From: Chiloscyllium plagiosum
Taxonomy: Eukaryota
DNA: 64,000 bases
Direction: 5' to 3'
Assembly: GCF_004010195.1 (NCBI RefSeq)
Contig: NC_057749.1
Coordinates: forward strand, 26,458,591 to 26,522,590
The notes under the pieces: generated by a model
Database searches by the model: none
Seen by the model: only the letters and a program-made list of their open reading frames with translations
What the model was told of the DNA's origin: nothing
Shown here: positions 1 through 12,499 of the stretch, one piece after another
Numbering within the stretch: position 1 is the first letter of the stretch
Layout of the letters: every line of letters begins with the position of its first letter
Program-made: the position numbers and the translations under genes

Positions 1-370
1 ATGCATTATTAAAAACCCATATGATGCACATTCACTGCATTTCATCAACAAAATGAATTGAGTTCAGCATGGCCCATATTTACAGAAATCCAAGCTGGCT
101 CATGCAAATCAATTCACCATTAAACAGGATGACAACCTGGTCCCTTGTCATGGTCAATTCAAAGAAGCTAAACAAAACCAATTTGAGAATTGCATCTTCC
201 AACTGATTCCCATTGTTAATTTCAAACTGATCATTTCTAAGTGTTTGGAAGCCTGATACTATTGAAGTCATATGAAGAGAAAACTCAGCCCCTACAGTTA
301 CATCAGCCCCAGGTGATGAATCTCTGTACATGTCACATATATAACTTACAATAAAAAACATTCCTTCTAC

Positions 371-410
371 CTGGACCGAAAGCAGATCTCCACATTTCTA
401 GTTTGTAAAG
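371..410 (-). CDS. Putative 40-bp coding exon of the unidentified adaptor-like gene ((T)LQTRNVEICFRS)
   Basis: Flanked by ...gggcAG and GTagaa on the minus strand. Its phase-1 start matches the phase-1 end of the 540-710 exon. The polypyrimidine tract is weak. Confidence 0.45.
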
Positions 411-539
411 CTGCCCACAATTTGCAATAATGCCAGACTTGTTTATTTGTTTGATTGAATTTCATACCTTCCCAGTACTTAGAAAAATGTTGCTGTTATT
501 CTCAGCCTTAAAAGTCCCACATTTATCAAATTCACTTAC

Positions 540-710
540 TTCTATCCGGCAAAGGAGGGGGCAGAGAGTCTGGCGGCACCTTGTGATGATGGTGGGAAGT
601 TGGCAAAGTCCAGTGTCCAGGCCCTTTAGTGGGAGGCAAATCCAGCAGTTGCACATACTCAGGCACTTTTTTCAAATTCCTTGGTCGAGGTGGGAGTGGA
701 GGGGGTGTGC
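540..710 (-). CDS. Coding exon of the unidentified adaptor-like gene (GTPPPLPPRPRNLKKVPEYVQLL...LPPPLPDR)
   Basis: Acceptor tcatctgcAG and donor GTAAGT; 171 bp, phase 1-1, open frame. Contains PxxPxR motifs and joins in frame to exon 6178-6519. Confidence 0.8.
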
Positions 711-1013
711 CTGCAGATGACCAATAACACAATAAGCACAAAGAAAAATATTACATATACCAACATATACTGAATAAACAAAAACCATTCAGTCCAAAAT
801 ATTTCATGGGCAAATAAGGCCATTCAACCCAGCCAGTTTATCCTATGATCCCCTACAGTACCTGCCTCTTCAGGTTGTCTAAATTTGCCATTTACTAAGT
901 TATAATTAGTCATGTTGTAACAATGCACCTTAATTCCTAACACTGCAAGTCCATGCTTTCATCAGAATTCTTCCATGCTAAAGGTGTTGGTTTAATCCTC
1001 AATGTTGCAGTCT

Positions 1014-2770
1014 ATAGGTATGTCAGGAAGAAAAGAATGACCAGATTAACATTAGGGCCAATCAAGGATAGTTGTGGGAAGTTGTGCGTGGAGTCAGGAA
1101 ATGGAAGAAGCGCTAAATGAATTTTTTTTGTCAGTATTCACACTAGAAAAAGAGAATCTTGTCAAGGAGAATACAGAGATACAGGCCACTAGTCTAGAAG
1201 GGACTGAAATTCACAAGGAGGAGGTGTTAGCAATTCTGGAAAGTGTGAAAATAGCTAAGTCCCCAGGGTCAGATGGGATTTATCCTAGGATTCTCTGGGA
1301 AGCCAGAGAGGAGATTGCCGAGCCTTTGGCTTTGAACTTTGTCATCATTGTCTACAGAAATAGTGCCAGAAGACTGGAGGATAGCAAATATTGCTCCCCT
1401 ATTGAAGAAGAGGAGTAGAGACAACCCTGGTAATTACAGACCAGTGAGCCTTACTTCGGGTAAAGTGTTGGAAAAAGTTATCAGAGGATTTATATTCATC
1501 TAGAAAGGAATAATTTGATTAGGGATAGTCAACACGGTTTTGTGAAGGATAGGTCGTGCCTCACAAATTTTGAGTTCTTTGAGAAGGTAACCAAACAGGT
1601 AGGGGAGGGTAAAGTGGATGATGTTGTGTATATGGATTTCGGTAAAATGTTTGACATGACTCCCCAAGGTAAGCCATTACAGAAAATATGGAGACATGGG
1701 ATTGAGGGTGATTTAGTGGTTTGGATCAGAAATTGGCTAGCTGAAAGAAGACAGAGGGTGATAGTTGATGGGAAATTTTCATCCTGGAATTCAGTTACGA
1801 GTGGTACACCACAAGGATCTGTTTTGGGGCCACTGCTATTTGTCATTTTTATAACTGACCTGGAAGAGAGCGTAAAAGGATGGGTCTGTAAATTTGCAGA
1901 TGACACTAAGGTTGGTGGAGTTGTGGATAGTGCCGAAGGATGTTGTAGGTTACAGAGGGTCATAGATAAGCTGCAGAGCTGGACTGAGAGGTGGCAAATG
2001 GAGTTTAATATGGAAAAGTGTGAGGTGATTCACTTTGGAAGAAGCAACAGGAATAGAGAGTACTGCGCTAATGGTAAGATTCTTGGTAGTGTAGATGAAC
2101 AGGGACATCTTGGCGTCCATGTGCATCGATCCCTGAAAGTTGCCATCCAAGTTGATAGGGTTGTTAAGAAGGCATATAGTGTGTTAGCTTTTATTGGTAG
2201 AGGGATTGAGTTTTGGAGCCACGAGGTCATGTTGCAGCTGTACAGAACTCTAGTGCGGTCGCACTTGGTGCATTGCGTACAGTTATACCACATTATACGA
2301 AGATTGTGGAAACTTTGGAATAGGTTCAGAGAAGATTTACTAGGATGTTGCCTGATATGGAGGGAAGGTCTTATGAGGAAAGGCTGAGCGACAGAGGCTT
2401 TTTTTGTTAGAAGAAGTTTGATGGGTGACTTGAGACATATAAGGTAATCAGAGGGTTAGAAAGGATGGACAGTGAGAACCTTTTTCCTCGAATGTTGATG
2501 CCTAGCATGAGGGGACATAGCTTTAAATTGAGGGGTGATAGCTATAGGATAGATGTCAGAGATAGGTTCTTTACTCAAGAGTAGTAGGGGCATGGAACGC
2601 CCTGCCTGCAACAGTAGTGGACTCGCCAACTTTAAGGGCATTTACATGGTCACTGGATAAACATATGATGAAAATGGAATAGAGTAGGTTAGATGGGCTT
2701 CAGATTGGTTCCACAAGTCAGTGCAACATCAAGGGCTGAAGGGCCTGTACTTCGCTGTAACGTTCAATGT
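1014..2770 (+). mobile_element. CR1-type LINE, 5'-truncated, decayed ORF2 (RT)
   Basis: ORFs 1074-1418 and 1515-2387 contain SQHGF..GRSCLTN-like, PQGSVLGPLLF and FADDTK motifs. Frameshifts present; 3' UTR ends near 2770. Confidence 0.9.
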
Positions 2771-3009
2771 TATATCCTTTCGTGGGAGAGTGTCGGACCA
2801 GATGGCACAGCCTCAGTGTGTGAAGAAGTTCCCTGTTTTAGACAGTAATGAAGGCAAATGCCTTCTCTCTGAGAATACAGGATCTATGGAATTCTTTACT
2901 AGTGGGCTGAAGAGCTTGGGTTGTTAAGTATACTCAAAGCTAAGATAGATTTTTAATCATTAAGGAATTCAAGGATTAAAGGGAAAGGTCATAAGAGTAG
3001 AGTTTTTTT

Positions 3010-3321
3010 TTAGATTAGATTACTTACAGTGTGGAAACAGGCCCTTCGGCCCAACAAGTCCACACCGACCCGCCGAAGCGCAACCCACCCATACCCCTAA
3101 ATGTACCCCTTTTTACCTAACACTATGGGCAATTTAGCATGGCCAATTCACCTGACCAGCACATGTTTGGACTGTGGGAGGAAACCGGAGCACCCGGAGG
3201 ACACGCAGACACGGGGAGAATGTGCAAACTCCACACAGTCAGTCGCCTGAGTCGGGAATTGAACCCGGGTCTCTGGCGCTGTGAGGCAGCAGTGCTAACC
3301 ACTGTGCCACCGTGCCGCCCC
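3010..3321 (-). mobile_element. HE1-like tRNA-derived SINE
   Basis: Minus-strand head GGCGGCACGGTGGCACAGTGGTTAGCACTGCTGCC...GGTTCAATTCC (Pol III A/B boxes) and a (CTAAT)n-type tail. Many near-identical copies occur in the window. Confidence 0.85.
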
Positions 3322-3688
3322 GGTGGAATAACAGATCATTCATGATCATTTTTATATAATCATGATATGTGGGTATCACTGGCTGGCCAGCATTTATTGC
3401 CTGTCTCTAGTTGCCCCTTAAGAAGGTGATGATAAGCTACCTTCTTGAACCGTTACAGTCCAGGTGCTGTAGGTAGTGCGACAATGCCCTTAGACAGAGA
3501 GTTCGAGGATTTTGATCCTGCTACCCTGAAGGAAAGGTAATAAATTTCCAAGTCAGGATGGTGAGTGGTTTGATTTTGAACTGAATTGAATGATTCATTG
3601 TTACTTGTAATTAGGGCAAAATATAGTGAAAAACTTGCACTGTTACCACACTGTGGCGTCATTGTTCTGTTACCACACTGCAGTGTCA

Positions 3689-4488
3689 GTAGACAATAGA
3701 CAATAAATGCAGGAACAGGCCATTCTGCCCTTCGAGCCTGCACCACCATTCAATATGATCATGGCTGATCATCCTTAATCAGTATCCTGTTCCTGCCTTA
3801 TCTCCATAACCCTTGATTCCACTATCCTCGAGAGCTCTATCCAACTCTTTCTTAAATGAATCCAGAGACTGGGCCTCCACTGCCCTCTGGGGCAGAGCAT
3901 TCCACACAGCCACCACTCTCTGGGTGAAGAAGTTTCTCCTTATCTCTGTCCTAAATGGTCTACTCCACATTTTTAAGCTGTGTCCTCTGGTTCGGCACTC
4001 ACCCATCAGCGGAAACATGTTTCCTGCCTCCAGAGTGTCCAATCCTTTAATAATCTTATATGTCTCAATCAGATCCCCCCTCAGTCTTCTAAACTCAAGA
4101 GTATGCAAGCCTAGTCGCTCCAGTTTTTAAGCGTAAGGTAGTCCCGCCATTCCAGGAATTGACCTCGTGAACCTCCGCTCCCTCAACAGCCAGAATGTCT
4201 TTCCTCAAATTTGGAGACCAGAACTGCACACAATATTCCAGGTGTGGTCTCACCAGGGCCCTGTACAGCTGCAGAAGAACCTCTTTGCTTCTATACTCAA
4301 TCCCTCTTGTTATGAAGGCCAGCATGCTATTAGCCTTCTTCACTATCTGCTGTACCTGCATACTTACCTTCATTGACTGGTGTACAAGAACACCCAGATC
4401 TCTTTGTACTGCCCCTTTACCTAAATTGATTCCATTTAGGTAGTAATCTGCCTTCCTGTTCTTGCCACCAAAGTGGATAACCATATAT
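3689..4488 (-). mobile_element. CR1 LINE 3' fragment with 19-bp TSD
   Basis: ORF2 C-terminus (RPHLEYCVQFWSP; RRLRGDLIETYK). TSD TTACCACACTGCAGTGTCA at 3670-3688 and 4489-4507. Confidence 0.9.
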
Positions 4489-6177
4489 TTACCACACTGC
4501 AGTGTCATTTTGAATAACTTATAAAAACCAAGAGTCCGTAGTTGTTCAATAAACACTGCTCCAATTCAAGGCTTCACACCGCCACCACCCAACATAGAGT
4601 CACCACTTTTCAGGCCCTATCTCTCACTGCTAGGCCCACATTTCCAATGTCCCTCTGCCACCTCCGCACCGCTGCCAGTTCCCAACCCACCAACATCAAA
4701 GTCACCACCTCTTCACCATTGGTCGCATCTTGTCGACTATGTCGACGCACACTCACCCCTCCACTAACGAAAGATAAGAATAAAAAGAGGAGAAAAAGTG
4801 GACAGAAAAAAGAAGTGGCCAAGCCCTGGGCTCAGGAACCTGAATGCTGCGTACCCCTCCGCAGCTTGAAAAGGAACTTGCAGGTGATGTGGTGTGCCCT
4901 TGTCCCTCTAGACAGAAGTAGTTGTGGGTTTAGACGATGCTGTCTCAGGATCTTTAGTGAATTTCTGCTGTGCATGTTGGATATGGCATGCACTGCTGCT
5001 ACTGAGTGTCAGTGGTGGAAGGAGTGAATGTTTGTGGATGTGGTGCCAATCAAGCAGGTTGCTTTGTCCTGGATGGTGTCAAGCTTCTTACGTTGTTGGA
5101 ATTGTATCTATCCAGGCAAGTGGGGAATATTCCATCACACTCCTGACTTGTGCCTTGTAGACGGTGAGCAGACTTTGGGGTGTCAGGAGGTGGTTACTCA
5201 CTGCAATATTTTTAGTCTCTCACCTAATCTTCTGGCGACTGTTTATATGACTAATCTAGTTGAATTTCTGGTCAATGGTAATCCCAGGATGTTGATAATG
5301 GGTAATTTCATGATGATAACATCATTAAATGTCAGTGAGTGGTGGTTAGATTATTTCTTATGAGACATGGTCATTCCTTGCCACTTGTGTGGCACAAATA
5401 TTACTTGCCACAAGATTTCACTGAATGGTAGAGCAGACTCAAGGGTGTAATGTCCTATTTCTGCTCCTACATTTACAGTCTTCCAGCTGCTTGCTATTTT
5501 CAATACACTATTTTGTCCTGATGCAATCATTTCCATCTTACGCCTGCTATAGGATTCCAGTGAAGCCCAACCCAGGCTTCAGGACTCAGCAAGAGTTCAA
5601 CAAGTTCTGATAATTAATTCTATCCTCATTTTTGCCCCCCACCAACTACTTACCCCCAATGTCTGTTTTCCTGTTTTTTTGCTTTCGGTCTACTGTGAAC
5701 ACCAAATAATCACTTTTTCTTTTGCTTGGTGACATCTGTGACCTCTAATCTCCCTTGACCTTTAACCTTCTTCTGACCTTCCCATCTTGCTTCTTCCCAA
5801 CGTTTTCTGCAGGATAACACCCAACATGCTTCTACCTCACTCTTCTGTTCTGAAGAACTCTATTCTCTCTCTACAGATGCTGTCAGATCTGAGTTTCTCC
5901 AGCACTTCCTCGCTTTTATTTCAATCTCCAGCATCTGCATTATTGCATTTTCGTTGAGGAGTAACCTTGCTGCAAGAAATAAATCATCATTTAAGGTCAA
6001 ACTTTACGGAAACTTTGAGAAATGATCAGTGATCCATGTTCTATCTCTGAGGCAGACACCTCAGACGGAGAGAGAACCCCAAAGAAATGTTCAGGAAATG
6101 GTAAATGATCACTGGTTAGGAAAAAAGTACCAAGAACAGAAATAATTACTTCTAGATGTTATTTTGAAGATACTCAC

Positions 6178-6519
6178 CGTGGGTATTGTCACCAAAACGA
6201 TGCTGGGCGTGTGAAGGATTGGCCAGGTGCTGGGTAGTTTGACAGCCAGAAATCCTCCCATTTCCATAGTAATTGCTCGAACCTTCCGCCACATCATACA
6301 CTGGTTTGGCTGCTGTGATTTTGCTTGGAGCTGAACTGGATGCTTGGTCACAGAGTCCAGTGTCATCAGAGGCAGCAGCAATTGCTGGGTTCCAATTGTC
6401 ATATGTGGGTCCTTCACTTTCCACATGGTCAATGACAGAGGCACTGCTGGGTTTCTTTGCCTCATATGCTGGGTTGCAGTCCATCACTGGGTCATAGACA
6501 TGTGCCAATGGCTTTTCAC
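6178..6519 (-). CDS. Coding exon of the unidentified adaptor-like gene (EKPLAHVYDPV...YDNW...YDVA...YYGN...GDNTH)
   Basis: 342 bp, phase 1-1, open frame. Acceptor attaaaAG and donor GTGAGT. Unique, non-repeat sequence. Confidence 0.8.
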
Positions 6520-6596
6520 CTTTTAATCATCAGGAACAGAGATCAGTAATGAATGTGATAAATGAAAATAAAACGTGATTATTTACAGATACTTAC

Positions 6597-6624
6597 TGTG
6601 GGTGGTGTTCCTTACAGTCCCCAT
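6597..6624 (-). CDS. Probable first coding segment (MGTVRNTTH) within exon 6597-6634
   Basis: Acceptor tttgttacAG at 6635-6636 and donor GTAAGT at 6591-6596. ATG at 6624 with G at +4. The phase-1 end matches the next exon across a 77-bp intron. Confidence 0.65.
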
Positions 6625-6879
6625 TGGGTGGTTTCTGTAACAAACAGCTTGTTGTACCTGCCCTGTGCTGGCAGGACTATCAATGTAAATATGATTACTG
6701 GCAAACTCCATTTTGCTGATTAGCCAATACCACAATGTTAGACACCATCAAATCTGAAAAGTTAAACAATTGTTTAAAAAGTCATGATCTTATATCAACA
6801 CCCAACCCATCCGTTTCTTCTTAACCCCAAGATTTAAATCGATTTCGGGGTTTGCAAACTGATGAAAACTTTTTCACTG

Positions 6880-7400
6880 AGGGCCCATGCTCTCACCAAG
6901 GCCCCACAACAGGGAGCCCGAGTGGGGAATCAGCTGGTGGCCGTGCCTGGGGCTGGATCTGAAAGCGGGCAGCGATTGGGAACCCACGCCGCTAATTCAC
7001 CTTCCCTTGGGTCAGGACTTCGGGCCGTCCGCTCTTGGTAAACACCGTCTTACCTTTCCTTCTGTTTTTTCCAAAGGTATTATTTCCGGCACTGCCCTTC
7101 ACTTGGATCAGGTGTGAAACCCTCAGATCTCAGACAAGTTTTTGGTTCTTGTCAACCAAAGCGGAAGGAAGTAATCAATGATTCTAAATCAGCGCAACTC
7201 GCCCAAACCCATACCTTTCGGTGAAAATAATATCGATGTATTGGATAGAACCTGTCTCACATCAAGCGTCGATTGCCTATTTAAATATTGCAACGTACTG
7301 AAACAATAGTTTTTTAAGAACAGTTTAACAAATGTCTTCCGGTACAGCAGTTTAAGCGGCTGGAAAATCATTCAAAGTCGAACCTCGCTAAACAGGTAAT
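6880..7400 (-). promoter_or_regulatory. CpG-enriched putative promoter and non-coding first exon
   Basis: Local CpG enrichment in an otherwise CpG-poor window, with ETS-like CCGGAA/GGAAG motifs. Minus-strand donors AAG|GTAAGA (exon end 7054) and AAG|GTGAAT (exon end 7001). No ATG seen between about 7200 and the 7054 donor. Confidence 0.5.
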
Positions 7401-7553
7401 ACCTGCTACCATGTCAATCAGGTTTCTAAGCAACTTCAAAACCAAAAGACCGTAAGATATAGGAGCAAAATTAGACCATTCTATTTTGGCTGATGTTTCT
7501 CAACCCTTCTCGCCTGCCTTTTCTCTACAACCTATGATCCCTTTACTAATCAA

Positions 7554-7611
7554 AGTTAAAAATCACACAACACCAGGTTATAGTCCAACAGGTTTAATGG
7601 AAGCACACTAG
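7554..7611. mobile_element. Short fragment of the family-2 Penelope-like terminal repeat, with 12-bp TSD
   Basis: Same sequence as the arm of the 39407-39596 element. TSD TTTACTAATCAA at 7542-7553 and 7612-7623. A more decayed relative follows at about 7680-7800. Confidence 0.65.
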
Positions 7612-8536
7612 TTTACTAATCAAGAAAGTAATACCCCAAAGTGCTAGATTTAGAAGGACATGTATTAAATTATATGATGTGGAGGAGCAGGTGTTGTACT
7701 GGGGTAGATAAAGTTAAAAATCACACCTGCTTATATTCCAGCAGATTTACTTTCAAATAAAAGTGCTGAACTCTAACCTGGTGTTGTGTAATTTTTAACA
7801 AATTATATGATTTCGGATGCTACTGTGAACAAGATACTGGAGGACCAGTACTAAACGATGTTAATGTTGATTTCATAGGGAGGGGTGTGGATAAATTAAA
7901 GAGAAATCATGTCTAGCTAACAAGCTCCACTTTTTGATGAAGTTACAGAGAGTCAATGAGGGCAAGACTGAAGATAGGGTACACATGGATTTCCAAAAGA
8001 CAATTAATGAAGTGCCACATTCCAGATTTATGAGCAAAGTAGGAGGACAAAGGATGAAACAGACAGTAGCAACTCAGACACAACGTTGACTGAATGACAT
8101 AAAACGGACAGCAGTGGTTAATGGATGCATCTCAGATTGGAGTAGGGTTATTACCAGAGATCCTCACTTGCTTTTCCTGATAATACTTTGTTACAACCCA
8201 GATTCCTTGAGTGTCCAAACAAAAACAGAAATTGCTGGAGAAACTCAGAAATCTGGCAGCATCTGCAGAGAGAAAACAATTAACATTTCCACTCGAGTAA
8301 CTCTTCTTCAAAATTGCTTCAAATTTCCAGCTTCCATGTTTATTTCTTTATTTTTATGTTGTGAGTCCAGACAAGATTCCAGGAAATTGTGAAAGCTCCC
8401 AGCTGAGGAGGGTTGAACTTCTTTATTCACCTACCCCCTCGGTTGGTCACAAAAGGATTAATTTAAAATTGGATCCTTCCCCTTGTGGACACATTTCTCC
8501 CAGACCAACATGAACTTCTGTTTTTAAAAGGGTCAA

Positions 8537-8854
8537 TTTAGATTAGATTACATTACATTACAGTGTGGAAACAGGCCCTTCAGCCCAACAAATCCACACC
8601 GACCTGTCGAAGCGCGGCCCATCCATACCCCTACATTTACCCCTTACCTAACACTAGGGGCAATTTAGCATGGCCAATTCACCTGACCTGCACATCTTTG
8701 GACTGTGGGAGGAAACCGGAGCACTCGGAGGAAACTCACACAGACACGGGGAGAACGTGCAAACTCCACACAGTCAGTCGCCTGAGGCGGGAATTGAACC
8801 CGGGTTTCTGGCGCTGTGAGGCAGCAGTGCTAACCACTGTGCCACCGTGCCGCC
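8537..8854 (-). mobile_element. HE1-like SINE
   Basis: Near-identical to the 3010-3321 copy. Confidence 0.85.
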
Positions 8855-10249
8855 CTAATTTAACAATAAGTAAGCTAACAAAGAGTGTTTATTAATTTCT
8901 AAATATTAGAAAACTTAGTAATGCGACACACTTACATAGATTAGAAGTAGATCGAGAGAAAAGCACAAGATGTGCTTACAGTTTGGAATATATCTCAGAG
9001 GATTGCTTGCTTTTAAGCAGGGGTCACCAGCCCTTATCTTTGTAGTCACAAGATATCACAACCCAATCTTGGGTGATTTGCCTCTTCCTCACACCACCTT
9101 CTAAAGGCTTGCAGTTTTAAATTCCATTTGCATTTTGAGGTGTGACATCTCATAGATCTTTCTCTCTCTCTCTCCCCACCTCCAGACAGCCACTGAATTT
9201 ACATCTGCAACTAGTTATGACTGTATCAGCCATCTTTTTAAAAAACTAGTTCTTAAATTTTAAGTTAAAAATATCCATAGTACTTCAGGATTCTGACCGC
9301 TGGTCATAACAGTCTTGAAATCTGACAGCATGTTTCTAATTTTACAGATATGAAACTTGGAAACATTATGAACTGGTAAGTGTAGAACCTCAAAAGGGCA
9401 TGGACAAGTTGGTGGAATGGATGATAAAATTTAATATGAAGTAATTTGAGGTGGTCCAAAGAGCACAGAGAAACAATATTTTACTAAAGGAGCAGAGGGA
9501 TCAGTGGAGCAGATATGATATGTACATAAATCTTCAAAGGTCACAGGACAGGTTGAGAATGCAGTCACTAAAGCATAGAATATCCTAGGCTTTATTAAAA
9601 AGGGCATGGAAGACTCATTTGGCATCAACTGGGATATCAAATAGAAAACCTAAGAACTGCAGACGTTGGAAAACATAAAATCAGATATTGCCGGAAAAAC
9701 AAAGCAGGTCTGGCAGCTTTGATGGAGAGAAATCAGAATTAACGTTCAGGTCCAGTGACCCTTCTTCAAAACACACTTCATCTTTTACAATTAGTGTGAA
9801 TTCTTTTTTCTTCATAATGTAGGACTGAAGGAAATCATTATAAAAATCTATGGTATTGGTGCTCCAGTTCTGGATGCCATCCACCAAGAAAGCTCTGATG
9901 AAGAGTTATTCACACTCAAAACATTAGCTTGCTTTCTCTCCATGGATGCTGCCTGACCTGCTGCGATCTCCAGAATTTTTTGTTTTCACCAAGCAAGACC
10001 TGAAGGCATTAGAGCAGTTGCATAAAATATTCACCAGAATAGTTCCAGAATTTCAGAACTTTAAGATAGAGATCGGAGAACGTGTGGCTGTTTTCTGTGA
10101 CTCTGAATATGTCATGCTAACAATGTCATATCCTGGATGGATAGAAACTTGTGTGTATATTTAATACACTTCCTTTCAAATGAATTAAAGCAGCCCAAAC
10201 AATTTGGACTTGTCTTTTTGTTTTTAGTAACTGATAGTTTGTGGGGGTC

Positions 10250-11135
10250 ATTGACTAAGCCAGGAGGAGTGAGAGGGAAGAACTAAGGGAGATCAATATT
10301 GTAGAAAAATGGTAATGGGAAAATGGACAGGACTGAAGGTGGATAAATTCCCAAGGCCTGATAATCAATATCCCAGAGTACTTAAGGAGGTGGGTCTAGA
10401 ACAGTAGATGCATTGGTGGTCATCTTCCAGAATTCTATTGACTCTGACACAGTCCCTGAAGATTGGAGAGTAGTTAATGTCATTCGAATATTCAAAAAGA
10501 GAGGTAGAGAGAAACCAGGGAATTGTAGACCAGTAAGTCTGACATCAGTATTCGGGAAAATTCTCAAGTCCATTGTCAAGAACTTTATAGCGAAGCATTT
10601 AGAAAGTAGTGGCAGAATCAGACAGAGTCAGCATAGATTTATGAAGAGGAAATCATGCCTGACAAATCTGTTGGAATTTTGTGAAGATGTAACTAGTAAA
10701 GTTGACAATGGGGAGCTGCTCGATACGGTATATTTGGACTTTCAGAAAGCGTTTGACAAAGTCAGAGATAAGAGATTATTGAGCAAGATTAAAGTGCATG
10801 AGATTGGGGGAAGTGTATTGAGATGGATAAAAAACTGGTTGGCAGAGAGGAAACAGAAAGTAGGAATTAATGGCAGGCAGTGGAGTGCCACAGGGATCAG
10901 TGCTGGGACTCAGCTATTCACGATATTAATGTTTGGATGGAGGAACAAAATGTAACATCTCAAAGTTTGCAAATGATACCAAGTTGGATGGGAGGGTGAA
11001 TTGTGACAAGGCAAATGGGATCAAAGGTTATGGGGAGAAAGCAGGATTAGGCTATTGACTTAGATGATCAGCCATGATCATGATGAATGGCTTGAAGGGT
11101 CAAATGGCCTCCTCCTGCTCCTATCTTCTATGTTT
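10250..11135 (+). mobile_element. CR1 LINE fragment with internal deletion
   Basis: ORF 10413-10955 (VPEDWR, RPVSLTS, SCLTNLLEF, YLDFQKAFDKV), followed by a jump to the 3' UTR. Confidence 0.85.
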
Positions 11136-11772
11136 ATTGACCAGCCCTACTTACCCTTGGGAAGGTGGTGGTGAGCTGCCATCTTGAACCTGTACAGTCC
11201 ATGTGCTATAGGTAGATCCATAGTGCTGTTAGGAAGTGAGTTCCAGGATTTAACCTTACAAAAATGAAGGAACAGTGATAGATTTCCAAGCTTCTTGAGT
11301 GTTATGGAGCTGTACTCAAATAGCTTCACAGAAACTGGTATTTTGTTACCAAGTCACCCTTTATTTACATGTTCATGGTTCATGACATTGATGCATCGCT
11401 CTTAGAATGAACAGAAACCCTCATGCTCCTATTCTTTTTAGTCAGTCAAGGCTGCCTGATTGGACCAGAGCAACAGCCTCAATTGGAGAACTAATTCTAA
11501 GAGTTCCACCTGGCTGACCTCGTTACAGTCACTACTTCCCTCCCCCTCTGAATCTGAAGACTTAGGCCAGTTCTTTTTTTTGTAGATCCTCCTGGACCAT
11601 TTTAGTACCGGGTCAGGTTCCTCTGACTCAACCTGTGATATGGACAAAGTGTCGTGCACAATAGCTCACCTCTTCTATCCAGAGCGACTCAGCACAAACG
11701 CATTCTCTTCTTCAGGCAGCAAAGACATCTAGGCTATGACATCCATCTTGCCCATCTCAGATGCTGTGGTAT

Positions 11773-12399
11773 TGTTATGGACTAGGCCAGACCACTCAAG
11801 ACATTCTTAAGCAGGCAGCCCTCGACCTAACTTTACAATTTGTTTCGGTAAGCGTAAAGTGAAAATTACCCGGAGTAAGATAGCTAGGTTGACTACAAGA
11901 TTTTAAAACAGACAAAAAAAAATTCACACAATTACACAATGAAACACAAAGAACAGAATAAAGAACCTCTACAGAACTCAATCCATCCAGATAGATTTAA
12001 TTATGCTGTTCTAAATACACACAACAGTCCCCATAAGCAAACTCCCTTTAAAAACCAGTAAAAATGGAACACATGCTTACAGGTTGAAGTTGAAGGGCAG
12101 AAAAGAGAGTTTCCACACAGCTCCCTGTTCAACTTCCCAGTTCAGGACCGAACTGAAACTGCTGAGCTCAGCTCAGCTAGAGAGCTGACCATTCCCTCTC
12201 TCTTTATACAGGTCACTCCTAAAACATGACCATCTGTTTCCATATAAACAAAAGACCTCTCAAAATCCTTTTCATCTCTGTACCAAAACAGACTGATCAG
12301 AGTCTGGCCCGATTTATTACCCCTCTGAAAGAAATCAATGACAGAGTCTCCTTGAACCAAGGAACAGCTCTTAGAATAAAAGAGACTAGCTTTGTGACA
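11773..12399 (-). repeat. 3' LTR of the Gmr1-like element
   Basis: Aligns with 19009-19638; TG/CA termini; adjacent to the PPT. Confidence 0.9.
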
Positions 12400-12499
12400 C
12401 TGCCCCCTTAAAAAAAAAAAGAACCATCAATACCAAACGCTGGCTTCATTTTTAATCTTTCAAAACCCCAGTTAGTAGTTTAAACACACGTATACACTA

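Noticed and set aside
80..361. 93-aa minus-strand ORF
   Set aside because: It lies downstream of the putative donor at 370 (likely intronic), has no recognisable motif, and has no convincing splice sites in frame.
467..492. Possible micro-exon (cAG...AAG|GTATG)
   Set aside because: It would need an intron of only about 47 bp after exon 540-710, which is implausibly short.
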